Part shown: piece after piece, positions 48,685 to 56,970 of the stretch
Layout: the number at the start of each line of letters is the position of its first letter
Numbering within the stretch: position 1 is the stretch's first letter
Program-made: the position numbers and the translations under genes
The notes under the pieces: model-generated
Databases searched by the model: none
The model's input: the letters and a program-made list of their open reading frames with translations, nothing else
Told to the model about the DNA's origin: nothing
Assembly (NCBI GenBank): GCA_963700285.1
Contig: CAVOXA010000015.1
Coordinates: 192,001-256,000 of the forward strand
Source: an uncultured Chloroflexia bacterium
GTDB lineage: Bacteria; Chloroflexota; Anaerolineae; JAAYZQ01
Reading direction: 5' to 3'
Length of the DNA stretch: 64,000 bases

Positions 48685-51600
48685 CTACGACATGGCCATG
48701 TCAACAGCAGCCATCAGTTGTTTGTGCTCAAAGGTCTTTTGCAGGGTGGCCTTGTTGGGACAGACCATGGCGCACACCCCGCAGCCCTGGCACAAGACAT
48801 AATCCACGTCCGCCACCCGCGTGTCCTGGTTCATCACCCGCGCACCGTAGGGACAAGCTTCCTCGCACAGACCGCAGAAGCTGCACAGCCGTTCGTTGAC
48901 CCACACCGACGTTGGCCGGTCCTCCACCACCTCCGGCGCCAGAAAAGCCGCGGCCCGCATCGCCGCCCCCCGTCCCTGGACCAGCGTCTCTTCCAGGAAG
49001 CGGGGACTGTGGGCCAGCCCCGCCACATAGATGCCGCCCCCTTTCGCGCTCTGAAGATCCAGCGGCTTCATCTTGGCCTGCTCCTCCCGGAAAAAACCGT
49101 CGCCGTCCAACGTCAGCCCCAACTTTCCCGCCAGCGCCCCCTCTTCCTCAGCGTCGATGCCCACGCTAAGGACCAGCAATCCGGCTTCCAATACCAGCGA
49201 CTGTCCGGTCACCGGCTCGACGAGGCTCACCGCCAGCCGGTCCCCCTCCGCCCTGACGGCGGGCTTGTCCGGCACCTCGTAGCGCAGGAACACCACCCCC
49301 GCATCCCGCGCCGCCTGATAGTAGGCTTCGCGAAAGCCGTAGGTCCGCACCTCGCGGTAGAGGACATAGACCTCCAGCCTGGGCTTCAATTCCTTGAGCT
49401 TCAGGGCGTTCTTGACCGCCAGGGTACAGCATACCCGGCTGCAATAGGGCCGCTCCGGCTCCCGAGAACCAACACACTGGATCATGACTACCCGCTGCAC
49501 TGTGGCCAGCGTGCCGTCGGCGATCTGCTGCTCCAGCTCGCGCTGCGTCAGCACCCGCGGGTCCTGGCCGTAGAGGTATTCCTCCGTCACCGCTGGTCCG
49601 CCGCCGGTGGCCACCACCAGCACGCCGTGGTCCACCACCTCTTGCCGACCGTTCACGCCGACGGTCGTCCGATACTGGCCGGCTTTGCCCTGGTAGTCCA
49701 CCACTTCGGCGCCTAGATGAACCCTGATCCGCTCCTCAGCCGCCACCTGGGCGACCAAGTCAGCCAGGGCCGCCTGCGGATCACTGCCGTCGGCCTGATA
49801 GTGGATGTGACGCCACTGGCCGCCCAGGCTCGATTCCCGCTCCACCAGGACCACGGGAATGTCCAACCGGGCCAGGGCCAGCGCGGCCGCCATCCCCGCC
49901 GCCCCACCGCCAACCACCACCGCCCGGCGAGTCAGCGTTTGGCTACCGCCCAGCGCCAGGGCTTCCACCCCGGCCATGGTCCTCAGGCCGGCCACGGCCA
50001 TGCCTACCAGGGATCGGGCTTTCCCGACCTGGGCTTCCCGGGCCAGATCCGCCCCGTTGCCGCGGTGGGGGTAGACCACCTGCTCCCGCAGGTTGGCCCG
50101 CGCCAGCAGCCGGGGGTCCAGTCCGGCATCCCGCATTATCGCCTCGAATTCGCCGCCGAACAGCCGCGGCGAACAGCCGGCGACCACGACCCGGTTCAGT
50201 CCCTCAGACTCAATGGCCGCACCCATGGCGGCCCGCCCCTCCGGCGAGCAACCCTCCGGCACGGCCCGCGCCAGGGCCACCCCAGGCAGCTCCTTCGCCC
50301 AAGCTGCCAATTCTGGTACGCCAACAGGCGCCAGTTCGCCGTTGCACTCACAGACAAAGACCCCCACCCTGGGCTCCTCATCCGAAACGTCGCGATATCC
50401 TTCCGCTATCTGCCCTCTGTCGTCTGGCGTCCGTCGCCTGTCGCCGGATGCCTGCATCCGCTGTGTCTGTCCAGCCAGGTACCCCGCCACCTCAGCCGCC
50501 GCCCCCGCCGCCTCGGCCACCGTCTCGGGGATATCCTTTGGCTCGCGGAAAGCGCCGGCTACGAACACGCCAGGGTGGTCCATGTGCGTCGGCTGGTAGC
50601 CGCCCGTCCGGGCAAAGCCGTACTCGTTCAGCGCCACCCCCAGCTCGCGGGCCAGGGCCTGCATCCCTGCCGGAGGCGCCAAGCCCACCGCCAGTACCAG
50701 CAGGTCAAAGGCTTCCTCCCGCAGCTTGCCCTCTTCGCCCACGTAGGTTACGGCCAGGTCCCGCGTGCGCTGCCGCTGGTAGACCGACGAGGGCATGGCC
50801 CGCAGGTACCTCACCCCTGGCAACGCCTGCACCCCCTCTATGTAGGCCTCGAAATCCTTGCCAAAGGCGCGCAGGTCCATGGTAAAGACCGTCGCTTCCA
50901 GCTCCGGGTCCAACTCCTTGGCCAGGGCCACCTGCTTGGCCGTGTACATGCAGCAGACCGAGGAGCAGTAGCCCGCTCCGCAGAGGTTGTCCCGCGAGCC
51001 GACGCAGTGCACAAAGGCGACCCGCTTCGGTGCCTTGCCGTCCGACGGCCGGGCCAGGTGGGCCACGCTGGAGCCCGCCAGGCTGGCCATCCGTTCAAAC
51101 TCCAGGGCGGAGAGCACATTGTCATAGACCCCGTAGCCGTACTCACCCTTGACCCGGGCCTCAAAGGGCGCATAGCCGGGCGCCAGCAACACGGCGTCCA
51201 CGTCCAGGACCTGCTTGCGGTCCGCCATCTCCAGGTCGATGGCGCCGGTAGGGCAGGCATCCACGCAGGCGCCACAGCGGGTGCAGGTTTCCATGTCGAT
51301 GACCCAGGCATCGGGCACCGCCCGCAGTCCCGGGGGCCGGTAGATGGCCTTGACCGGCGAAAGCCTGCCCTCGTGGTCGTGGGGCCGGGCTTCGGGGCAG
51401 ACGGCGGCGCAGTCGCCACAGCCATTGCACCGGTCCACGTCCACGTAGCGGGCCTTGTGGTTGACAGTGACCTGGGGCGCCCCGTTTCCCGGTCCACCAG
51501 CACCCCAATCTACGGCCGAGACCTCGGCGTAGGGCAAGAGGTGGACATCCTCTCTGGCTTCGCACTCGAAGGTGGGGCAGAAAGCCGGCTGCCGGGGCAG

Positions 51601-51801
51601 CATGAGGCAGATGCCGCAAGAGTTGGTGGGAAAGGTATGGTCCAGCAGGTGCATCGAGCCGCCAATGGCCGGCGCGGCGTCCAGCAGGTAGACCTCGATG
51701 CCCAGCTCGGCCAGGTGCATCGCCGCTGCCATGCCGGCGATCCCCCCACCGGCGACCAGGACGCTGTGCTTGCCTTTGTCCAGTGAATCGGCTCTTTCCA
51801 C
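48685..51801 (-). CDS. hdrA: Large tandem HdrA-like protein with two FAD modules
   Basis: GGGIAG and GGGAAG; two CVGSR..YCS..CC motifs; internal VGVFVCEC domain; C-terminal ferredoxin. Confidence 0.9.
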   Translation of the reverse strand: MERADSLDKGKHSVLVAGGGIAGMAAAMHLAELGIEVYLLDAAPAIGGSMHLLDHTFPTNSCGICLMLPRQPAFCPTFECEAREDVHLLPYAEVSAVDWGAGGPGNGAPQVTVNHKARYVDVDRCNGCGDCAAVCPEARPHDHEGRLSPVKAIYRPPGLRAVPDAWVIDMETCTRCGACVDACPTGAIDLEMADRKQVLDVDAVLLAPGYAPFEARVKGEYGYGVYDNVLSALEFERMASLAGSSVAHLARPSDGKAPKRVAFVHCVGSRDNLCGAGYCSSVCCMYTAKQVALAKELDPELEATVFTMDLRAFGKDFEAYIEGVQALPGVRYLRAMPSSVYQRQRTRDLAVTYVGEEGKLREEAFDLLVLAVGLAPPAGMQALARELGVALNEYGFARTGGYQPTHMDHPGVFVAGAFREPKDIPETVAEAAGAAAEVAGYLAGQTQRMQASGDRRRTPDDRGQIAEGYRDVSDEEPRVGVFVCECNGELAPVGVPELAAWAKELPGVALARAVPEGCSPEGRAAMGAAIESEGLNRVVVAGCSPRLFGGEFEAIMRDAGLDPRLLARANLREQVVYPHRGNGADLAREAQVGKARSLVGMAVAGLRTMAGVEALALGGSQTLTRRAVVVGGGAAGMAAALALARLDIPVVLVERESSLGGQWRHIHYQADGSDPQAALADLVAQVAAEERIRVHLGAEVVDYQGKAGQYRTTVGVNGRQEVVDHGVLVVATGGGPAVTEEYLYGQDPRVLTQRELEQQIADGTLATVQRVVMIQCVGSREPERPYCSRVCCTLAVKNALKLKELKPRLEVYVLYREVRTYGFREAYYQAARDAGVVFLRYEVPDKPAVRAEGDRLAVSLVEPVTGQSLVLEAGLLVLSVGIDAEEEGALAGKLGLTLDGDGFFREEQAKMKPLDLQSAKGGGIYVAGLAHSPRFLEETLVQGRGAAMRAAAFLAPEVVEDRPTSVWVNERLCSFCGLCEEACPYGARVMNQDTRVADVDYVLCQGCGVCAMVCPNKATLQKTFEHKQLMAAVDMAMS
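50402..50443. repeat. Six degenerate 7-bp tandem repeats inside the hdrA linker
   Basis: TCCGCTA TCTGCCC TCTGTCG TCTGGCG TCCGTCG CCTGTCG (42 nt, frame-preserving). Confidence 0.6.
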
Positions 51802-51817
51802 GTTGAAAGCTCCTGCG

Positions 51818-52714
51818 CTAGACCAGGCCCAACCGGCCCAAGAGCGGCCGGGGGTTGACCAGGTGCTTGCCCAATACCTTTTTCAAAGACAGACCATAGG
51901 CCAAGGCCATCAACTCGGTGAAGTAAAAGATGGGCAGCGGTTCATAACCGGGTTTGGGTGGTCGCGGCAGCGGCGGTCCGCCGCGGTAAAGCTGCCGCCC
52001 ATCGACGTTGGCCATGCACATAGGGCAGGCCGTGACCAGGGCATCGGCCCCCGCCTCGTGGGCGGCGATGGCCAGTCTGTCCACCAGATGGACCACTACG
52101 TCGCTGCGGTTCAGGGTCAGGCTGCCGCCGCAGCAGTCCACGCCGTAGCTCCAGGGCATCGCCTCGGCGCCCATCAGCTCGATGATATGGTCCATCGTCT
52201 GCGGGTGCTCCGGGTCGTCCCAGCGACCGGTATACTTGGGCGGCCGGATGAGCAGGCAGCCATAGTAGGCTGCGACCTTTAGGCCTTCCAGCGGCGCCTT
52301 GACCCTGGCCGTCAACGCCTCCCTGGACAGGTCGTTGGCCAGGATGTCCAGCAGGCTGCGGGGCCGCACCCGGCCTTCATACTCAAAGTCCAGCACCGAC
52401 TCCATCCTGGCCCGGAAGGCGCCGTCCTGCTGCAGGGCCAGGTCGGCGGCTGCCAGCCGCGAGTAGCAGGCCGCGCAGGGGATGGCCATATCGTCCAGGC
52501 CCACTTTCTGCGCCTGGGCCAGGTTGCGGGCTGGCAGGGCCAGAAAGAGGGCGGGATCCATAGAGTGGGCCGACGACGCCCCGCAGCAGTTCCAGTCGGG
52601 GATCTCGACCATCTCCAGGTCCAGCGCCTGGCAGACCAGCTCGCTGCTGACCCCAAACTCCACGCCCGTCGAATGCAGCGTGCAGCCCGGATAGAAGGCA
52701 TACCGTCTCGTCAT
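51818..52714 (-). CDS. hdrB: Heterodisulfide reductase subunit B
   Basis: FYPGC, DWNCCGA, CAACY, YYGCLL.RP, CCGG, CPMC..N.D. Confidence 0.93.
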   Translation of the reverse strand: MTRRYAFYPGCTLHSTGVEFGVSSELVCQALDLEMVEIPDWNCCGASSAHSMDPALFLALPARNLAQAQKVGLDDMAIPCAACYSRLAAADLALQQDGAFRARMESVLDFEYEGRVRPRSLLDILANDLSREALTARVKAPLEGLKVAAYYGCLLIRPPKYTGRWDDPEHPQTMDHIIELMGAEAMPWSYGVDCCGGSLTLNRSDVVVHLVDRLAIAAHEAGADALVTACPMCMANVDGRQLYRGGPPLPRPPKPGYEPLPIFYFTELMALAYGLSLKKVLGKHLVNPRPLLGRLGLV

Positions 52715-52721
52715 CCCGACC

Positions 52722-53261
52722 TCACCCTGAATCCTCATCCCCCAGCTCAAACAGTTCCTTGACCTGGCCGATGTTCTGGATGCGCTTGGGCAGGGGATGG
52801 ATCTTGCCCTTGAGGAACATGTCCAACCCCATGTCCAGGTTGCTGAACAGGTCGCGGCTGGTGAGCTTGTGCTGGAGGATCATGGTCAATTCGTGCAGCC
52901 GGCCCCAGGTGCGGATGCTGTCCAGAAAGGCCTGGTGCAGCTTGAACACCGATTGCTCTGCCGGGCTGACCCCTTCGGCCAGGGCGATGTGGCGCAGGGC
53001 GTCGATGACGGCGCCGGGGTGGATCTCGTTGGGGCAACGCGTGCCGCAGGTCTCGCAGCCGATGCACAGCCAGATGGCCGAGGAGCGAAGGAGGGCGTCC
53101 TTCTGACCCAGTTGGACCAAACGCAAGATCTGGGCCGGCGTGTATTCCATGGCGTAAGCCGACGGGCAGCCTGCCGAGCAGCGCAGGCAGTAGTAGCAGC
53201 GGCTTACGTTCTGCTGGCTCAGTTCGCTGACCTGTCTGATGAAGGTCAAGTCTGGATCCAT
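52722..53261 (-). CDS. hdrC: Heterodisulfide reductase subunit C
   Basis: CYYCLRCSAGCP, IWLCIGCETCGTRCP, GRLHEL. Confidence 0.92.
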   Translation of the reverse strand: MDPDLTFIRQVSELSQQNVSRCYYCLRCSAGCPSAYAMEYTPAQILRLVQLGQKDALLRSSAIWLCIGCETCGTRCPNEIHPGAVIDALRHIALAEGVSPAEQSVFKLHQAFLDSIRTWGRLHELTMILQHKLTSRDLFSNLDMGLDMFLKGKIHPLPKRIQNIGQVKELFELGDEDSG

Positions 53262-53580
53262 GGCTCCGTCCCTCGCCAAGTGTTCACCCTATTGGCGGTA
53301 CCTGGTCCCTCACTACTCGGTCTTGCTGCCCATTTCACAAACGAAAACTGCCCACGCGGCCTGCTAGGGCCAGCCTGGGCAGCATAGATCAGTTGCATGC
53401 GTGACGGCGGTCACCCTTCTGCAACAAGGACGCTGTCTCCTGCTGCACCGATCTGCGTCTCGCCCCCTGATTTCCAGGTTCCTATGGTTGGCCACAAAGC
53501 CGATCAAGTGAGATCCCTTTCCTATGGGCATCACCACACTGCTCTTGGCCTTGGAGCCCCCATTGACCCCAATACGCCGG

Positions 53581-53590
53581 TATTATACCA
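53581..53590 (-). promoter_or_regulatory. Extended -10 element about 320 nt upstream of hdrC
   Basis: TGGTATAAT on the minus strand. Confidence 0.45.
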
Positions 53591-53682
53591 TACCTCCCGG
53601 ATTCCGCAAACTCCAGGGATCCTCACTGACTGGCAGTCATTCACTGACTACCGATAGGCCATCCAGCCTTCTGCTGACAAGT

Positions 53683-53784
53683 CTATTCCCGCCGCGCTTT
53701 CATGGCGAGCACGATGCTCCCGACAACGAGCAACAACAGCAAGAGGATGATGACGCACTCGGCCGCCCCAACACGAAAAAACAT
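53683..53784 (-). CDS. 33-aa single-TM small protein (below the ORF track size range)
   Basis: MFFRVGAAECVIILLLLLLVVGSIVLAMKARRE, with GAGG RBS and its own promoter (TTGAGA-N16-TATACT, 53870-53897). Confidence 0.6.
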   Translation of the reverse strand: MFFRVGAAECVIILLLLLLVVGSIVLAMKARRE

Positions 53785-53907
53785 TAGGCCCCTCATTCTT
53801 GGCTACACCTCACGTTTTGTGCACAACGTGGGGGTTCCGGCATTCTGGACTACAATCCAACACGGCACCAGTATAGCACAACTGCATTCTGTCTCAAAAG
53901 GTATCAT

Positions 53908-53936
53908 TTGACAAGTCCCGCCGCGTGAGTTATACT
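53908..53936 (+). promoter_or_regulatory. sigma70 promoter of glnA
   Basis: TTGACA-N17-TATACT. Confidence 0.75.
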
Positions 53937-54030
53937 TGCCGCCAATAATTTGTATCCAAAATAGGCACGGGGGTTTCTGTCTGGCCAGGCCCAAACCCCT
54001 GCTGCCCTATCTGACTATAGGAGTTGACCT

Positions 54031-55368
54031 ATGACGACAAAAGAAGAGATCACCCGCCGCGTGGCCGAGAAAGGCATCGAATTCATCAGCCTGCAGTTCA
54101 CCGACATCGTGGGATTGGTCAAGAGCGTAACCATTCCAGTTGAGGAGTTAGAGACCGCCCTGGATCGCGGCATCTGGTTCGATGGCTCTTCGGTGGAGGG
54201 TTTTGCCCGCATTGCCGAGAGTGACATGTATCTGGTCCCTGACCTGGATACCTTCTCGGTCATTCCTTGGGAGCAAGATAGCGGTGCAACCGCCCGTTTC
54301 ATCTGCGACGTCTACACACCTTCCGGCGAACCATTCCCAGGCGATCCCCGCCAGGTCCTCAAACGTGCCATACAGGAAGCCGCGGCGCTGGGGCTGAGCT
54401 ATCACGCCGGACCGGAGCCAGAGTTCTTTCTCTTCAAGCGGGATGAGGATGGCGAGGCCGTGCCCCGGCCTCACGATCAAGGTGGTTATTTCGATCTCTC
54501 GACGGATCGCGGGGTCGAGGTGCGCAAGAGGATGGTCAGGGCGCTGTCCGCCTTTGGCATCCGGGTCGAAGCCAGCCACCACGAGGTTGCCACCGGCCAG
54601 CACGAGATCGACTTTCGCTACACCGACGCCCTGCGCGCCGCAGACAACGTAGTCACCTTCAAGGCGACGCTCAAGCAGGTCGCTCGACAGCATGGCTTGC
54701 ACGCGACCTTTATGCCAAAACCAATTGCGGGCATCAGTGGTTCAGGCATGCATGTCCACCAGAGCTTGGTACGCATCGATAACGGCGAGAATGCGTTCGC
54801 TGACAATGGGGACGAGATTGGTATCTCAAAATTGGCCCGTCAATTCGTCGCTGGCCAGTTGGCCCACGCCCGAAATATGTGTGCGGTGCTATCCCCCCTG
54901 GTCAACTCCTACAAGCGCTTGGTCCCCGGTTACGAGGCGCCGGTGTACGTCAGTTGGGGACAGATCAATCGCTCGGCGCTGATCCGTGTACCACAAGTGA
55001 CTCCCGACCGGCCCGAGTCTACACGATTGGAGATCCGCTGCCCCGATCCCAGTTGTAACCCTTATCTGGCCTTCGCCGTTATGCTGCGGGCAGGATTGGA
55101 CGGCATCCATCGGGAGCTGGGAGCGCCAGCTATCTCGAATGAAGATCTGTACCACCTGGACGATCAAGGACGTGAGGCGCGTGGATTGGATACGCTGCCA
55201 GGCTCCCTGGGTGAGGCGCTAGAAGAACTAAAGCGCGACGAGCTCATGCTCGAAGCGCTGGGCGAACACATCTACGAGCGGTTCATCGAAGCCAAGACCA
55301 TCGAGTGGCAGGAATACTTGACCCAGGTCAGCAGCTGGGAGCTGGAGCGCTATTTGCGCGTATACTAG
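54031..55368 (+). CDS. glnA: Glutamine synthetase type I
   Basis: FDGSSVEGF, GPEPEFF, HHEVATGQHEI, FMPKP..GSGMHVHQS, NSYKRLVPGYEAP, NRSALIRVP, RLEIRCPD. Confidence 0.95.
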   Translation: MTTKEEITRRVAEKGIEFISLQFTDIVGLVKSVTIPVEELETALDRGIWFDGSSVEGFARIAESDMYLVPDLDTFSVIPWEQDSGATARFICDVYTPSGEPFPGDPRQVLKRAIQEAAALGLSYHAGPEPEFFLFKRDEDGEAVPRPHDQGGYFDLSTDRGVEVRKRMVRALSAFGIRVEASHHEVATGQHEIDFRYTDALRAADNVVTFKATLKQVARQHGLHATFMPKPIAGISGSGMHVHQSLVRIDNGENAFADNGDEIGISKLARQFVAGQLAHARNMCAVLSPLVNSYKRLVPGYEAPVYVSWGQINRSALIRVPQVTPDRPESTRLEIRCPDPSCNPYLAFAVMLRAGLDGIHRELGAPAISNEDLYHLDDQGREARGLDTLPGSLGEALEELKRDELMLEALGEHIYERFIEAKTIEWQEYLTQVSSWELERYLRVY

Positions 55369-55475
55369 CCCTCAGTGTCGGGGCGCCCGGGCTTGGGCGT
55401 GACACGGCAACCCTGAGCAACCTTGTAGCCAGGCCCGACAGGTTGCCTAGACCTGTCGGGCCTGGTTGGGCCGGC

Positions 55476-55952
55476 CTAGAGGTGTTTGGCAAAGATGAAC
55501 AGGTCATCGCCAGGCGCGTAAAAGTCGCGGACCGATGCCTCGAGGCCGAAGCCGCTGGAGCTATAGAGCCTCCTCGCCGCAGCATAGGGCGCGGTGCTGG
55601 ACGTTTCGACAAGCAGCAACCGCCCGCCTCGCGCCCGTACCTCGGCTTCCACCTGTGCCATCAGGCCATGGCCCATGCCATGCCCCTGGACAGCTGGACC
55701 GACGGCGATCCAGTACAGGTCATAGGTCCCATCGGTCAGTGGGTGCGGCCCAAAACAAGCGTAGCCCTGGGCCGGACAGCCATCTTGGCTGGCAACCAGG
55801 AACACGTATCCGCTTGTTTCCTGCTTATCTTGGTACGCGTTCCAGAGCTCGAGAACACAGTCCCGTTCTGTAGGGTTGAAGATGCCAATCTGGCCTGTGA
55901 TCTCCAGGATGGATGGGCCATGGCTGGGCAACGCCTGCTCGATCGTGTGCAT
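55476..55952 (-). CDS. GNAT family N-acetyltransferase
   Basis: YDLYWIAV.P..QGHGMG, VETSS..Y..AR.LY...GF, DFYAPGDD. ATG at 55952. Confidence 0.88.
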   Translation of the reverse strand: MHTIEQALPSHGPSILEITGQIGIFNPTERDCVLELWNAYQDKQETSGYVFLVASQDGCPAQGYACFGPHPLTDGTYDLYWIAVGPAVQGHGMGHGLMAQVEAEVRARGGRLLLVETSSTAPYAAARRLYSSSGFGLEASVRDFYAPGDDLFIFAKHL

Positions 55953-56970
55953 AGAACTGTCTCCAGGCAAACTCGACAATCTGTTCCGCCATTTCACCAT
56001 AGCTGTACCCAGCCGTCCTGGCGGCGCGAAAGAATCCTGCATCTGGTGAAAGGTCCGGATTGCAGTTGACTTCTACGACGTAAGGTACACACTCTTCGCT
56101 CAAGCGCATGTCCACGCGGGCATAGCCATGGCAGCCGAGGGCATGCCAGGCCCGTAACGCCGTGGCAGTAATGCAGACCCCCACCTCTGATTCTAGCGGG
56201 GCTGGGCAGAGCACCGGCGTGTTCCGGTACTCAAAGCTCTCTTCCTCCCACTTGGCGGCAAAAGACACGATGCGCTCGTACGGGTCGGAAAAGGCGCAAA
56301 AGTCGATCTCAGCCAGCGGCAACACCTGAGGAGGATCTCCCCAGATGGAAACGTTGAATTCTCGCCCCACCACAAAGGCCTCCGCCAGGGCCGTCTGCCT
56401 ATAAGCATCCACAACGTAGGCGATCCGCTCACGCAGCGCGCCCACCGTATGGACCACTGCCTCCGGCCCCACGCCGATGCTTGCATCCTCGGCGACCGGC
56501 TTGACGATGAGTGGGAAGGACAGTTCGTCGATCCGCTCCTGCACCTCGTCGGGGTGGCAAAACAGCCACCACGCTGGAGTGGGCACGTCGTTATCCAGCA
56601 ACAGGTCCTTTGTTTTGGCCTTGTGCGCACCATGGGCTATGGCGCTCCCACCAGATCCGGTGAAACAGTAGCCCATGGCGCCCAGAGCCCAGGCAATGCG
56701 CGCTTCCTCAAAGAGCTTGCCTGCCAAGCCCTCGGCCAGGTTAAAGACGGTCCATTGGCTGGGGGGATACGGGGTTAGGGTCGTCTCCACGTCGCCGTAG
56801 AGGGGTACCCCGGTCACCCGGTAGCCCCTGGCGCACAAGGCATCTATCACGGCTTGGGCGCAAGCGATGACGCCCTGCTCGGCCAAAAGATCCCGTGCCT
56901 CGCCTTTGATCAGATCGGCACTGGCGTTGTACAGCACTGCAATCCCCGGGGATTGCCAGTTCGTTCTCAT
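55825..56970 (-). CDS. Ddl-like ATP-grasp ligase
   Basis: FNLAEG, FTGS, FPLIVKP..EDAS.G, GREFNV, SFAAKW, GYARVDMR, EVNCNPDL. Start at ATG 56970. Confidence 0.88.
   Translation of the reverse strand: MRTNWQSPGIAVLYNASADLIKGEARDLLAEQGVIACAQAVIDALCARGYRVTGVPLYGDVETTLTPYPPSQWTVFNLAEGLAGKLFEEARIAWALGAMGYCFTGSGGSAIAHGAHKAKTKDLLLDNDVPTPAWWLFCHPDEVQERIDELSFPLIVKPVAEDASIGVGPEAVVHTVGALRERIAYVVDAYRQTALAEAFVVGREFNVSIWGDPPQVLPLAEIDFCAFSDPYERIVSFAAKWEEESFEYRNTPVLCPAPLESEVGVCITATALRAWHALGCHGYARVDMRLSEECVPYVVEVNCNPDLSPDAGFFRAARTAGYSYGEMAEQIVEFAWRQFYAHDRAGVAQPWPIHPGDHRPDWHLQPYRTGLCSRALERVPR

Noticed and set aside
49717-51786. 689-aa plus-strand ORF (similar cases at 25261-26475, 46653-47612 and 16146-17075)
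   Set aside because: Antisense shadows of well-supported minus-strand genes.
38688-53261. Selenocysteine in HdrA, HdrL or MvhD
   Set aside because: These ORFs are uninterrupted and use Cys. The TGA in relE is not at a Cys position.
54031-55368. glnA as part of the kamA pathway (gamma-glutamyl ligase role)
   Set aside because: Convergent orientation, its own promoter and canonical GSI motifs; adjacency alone is not evidence.
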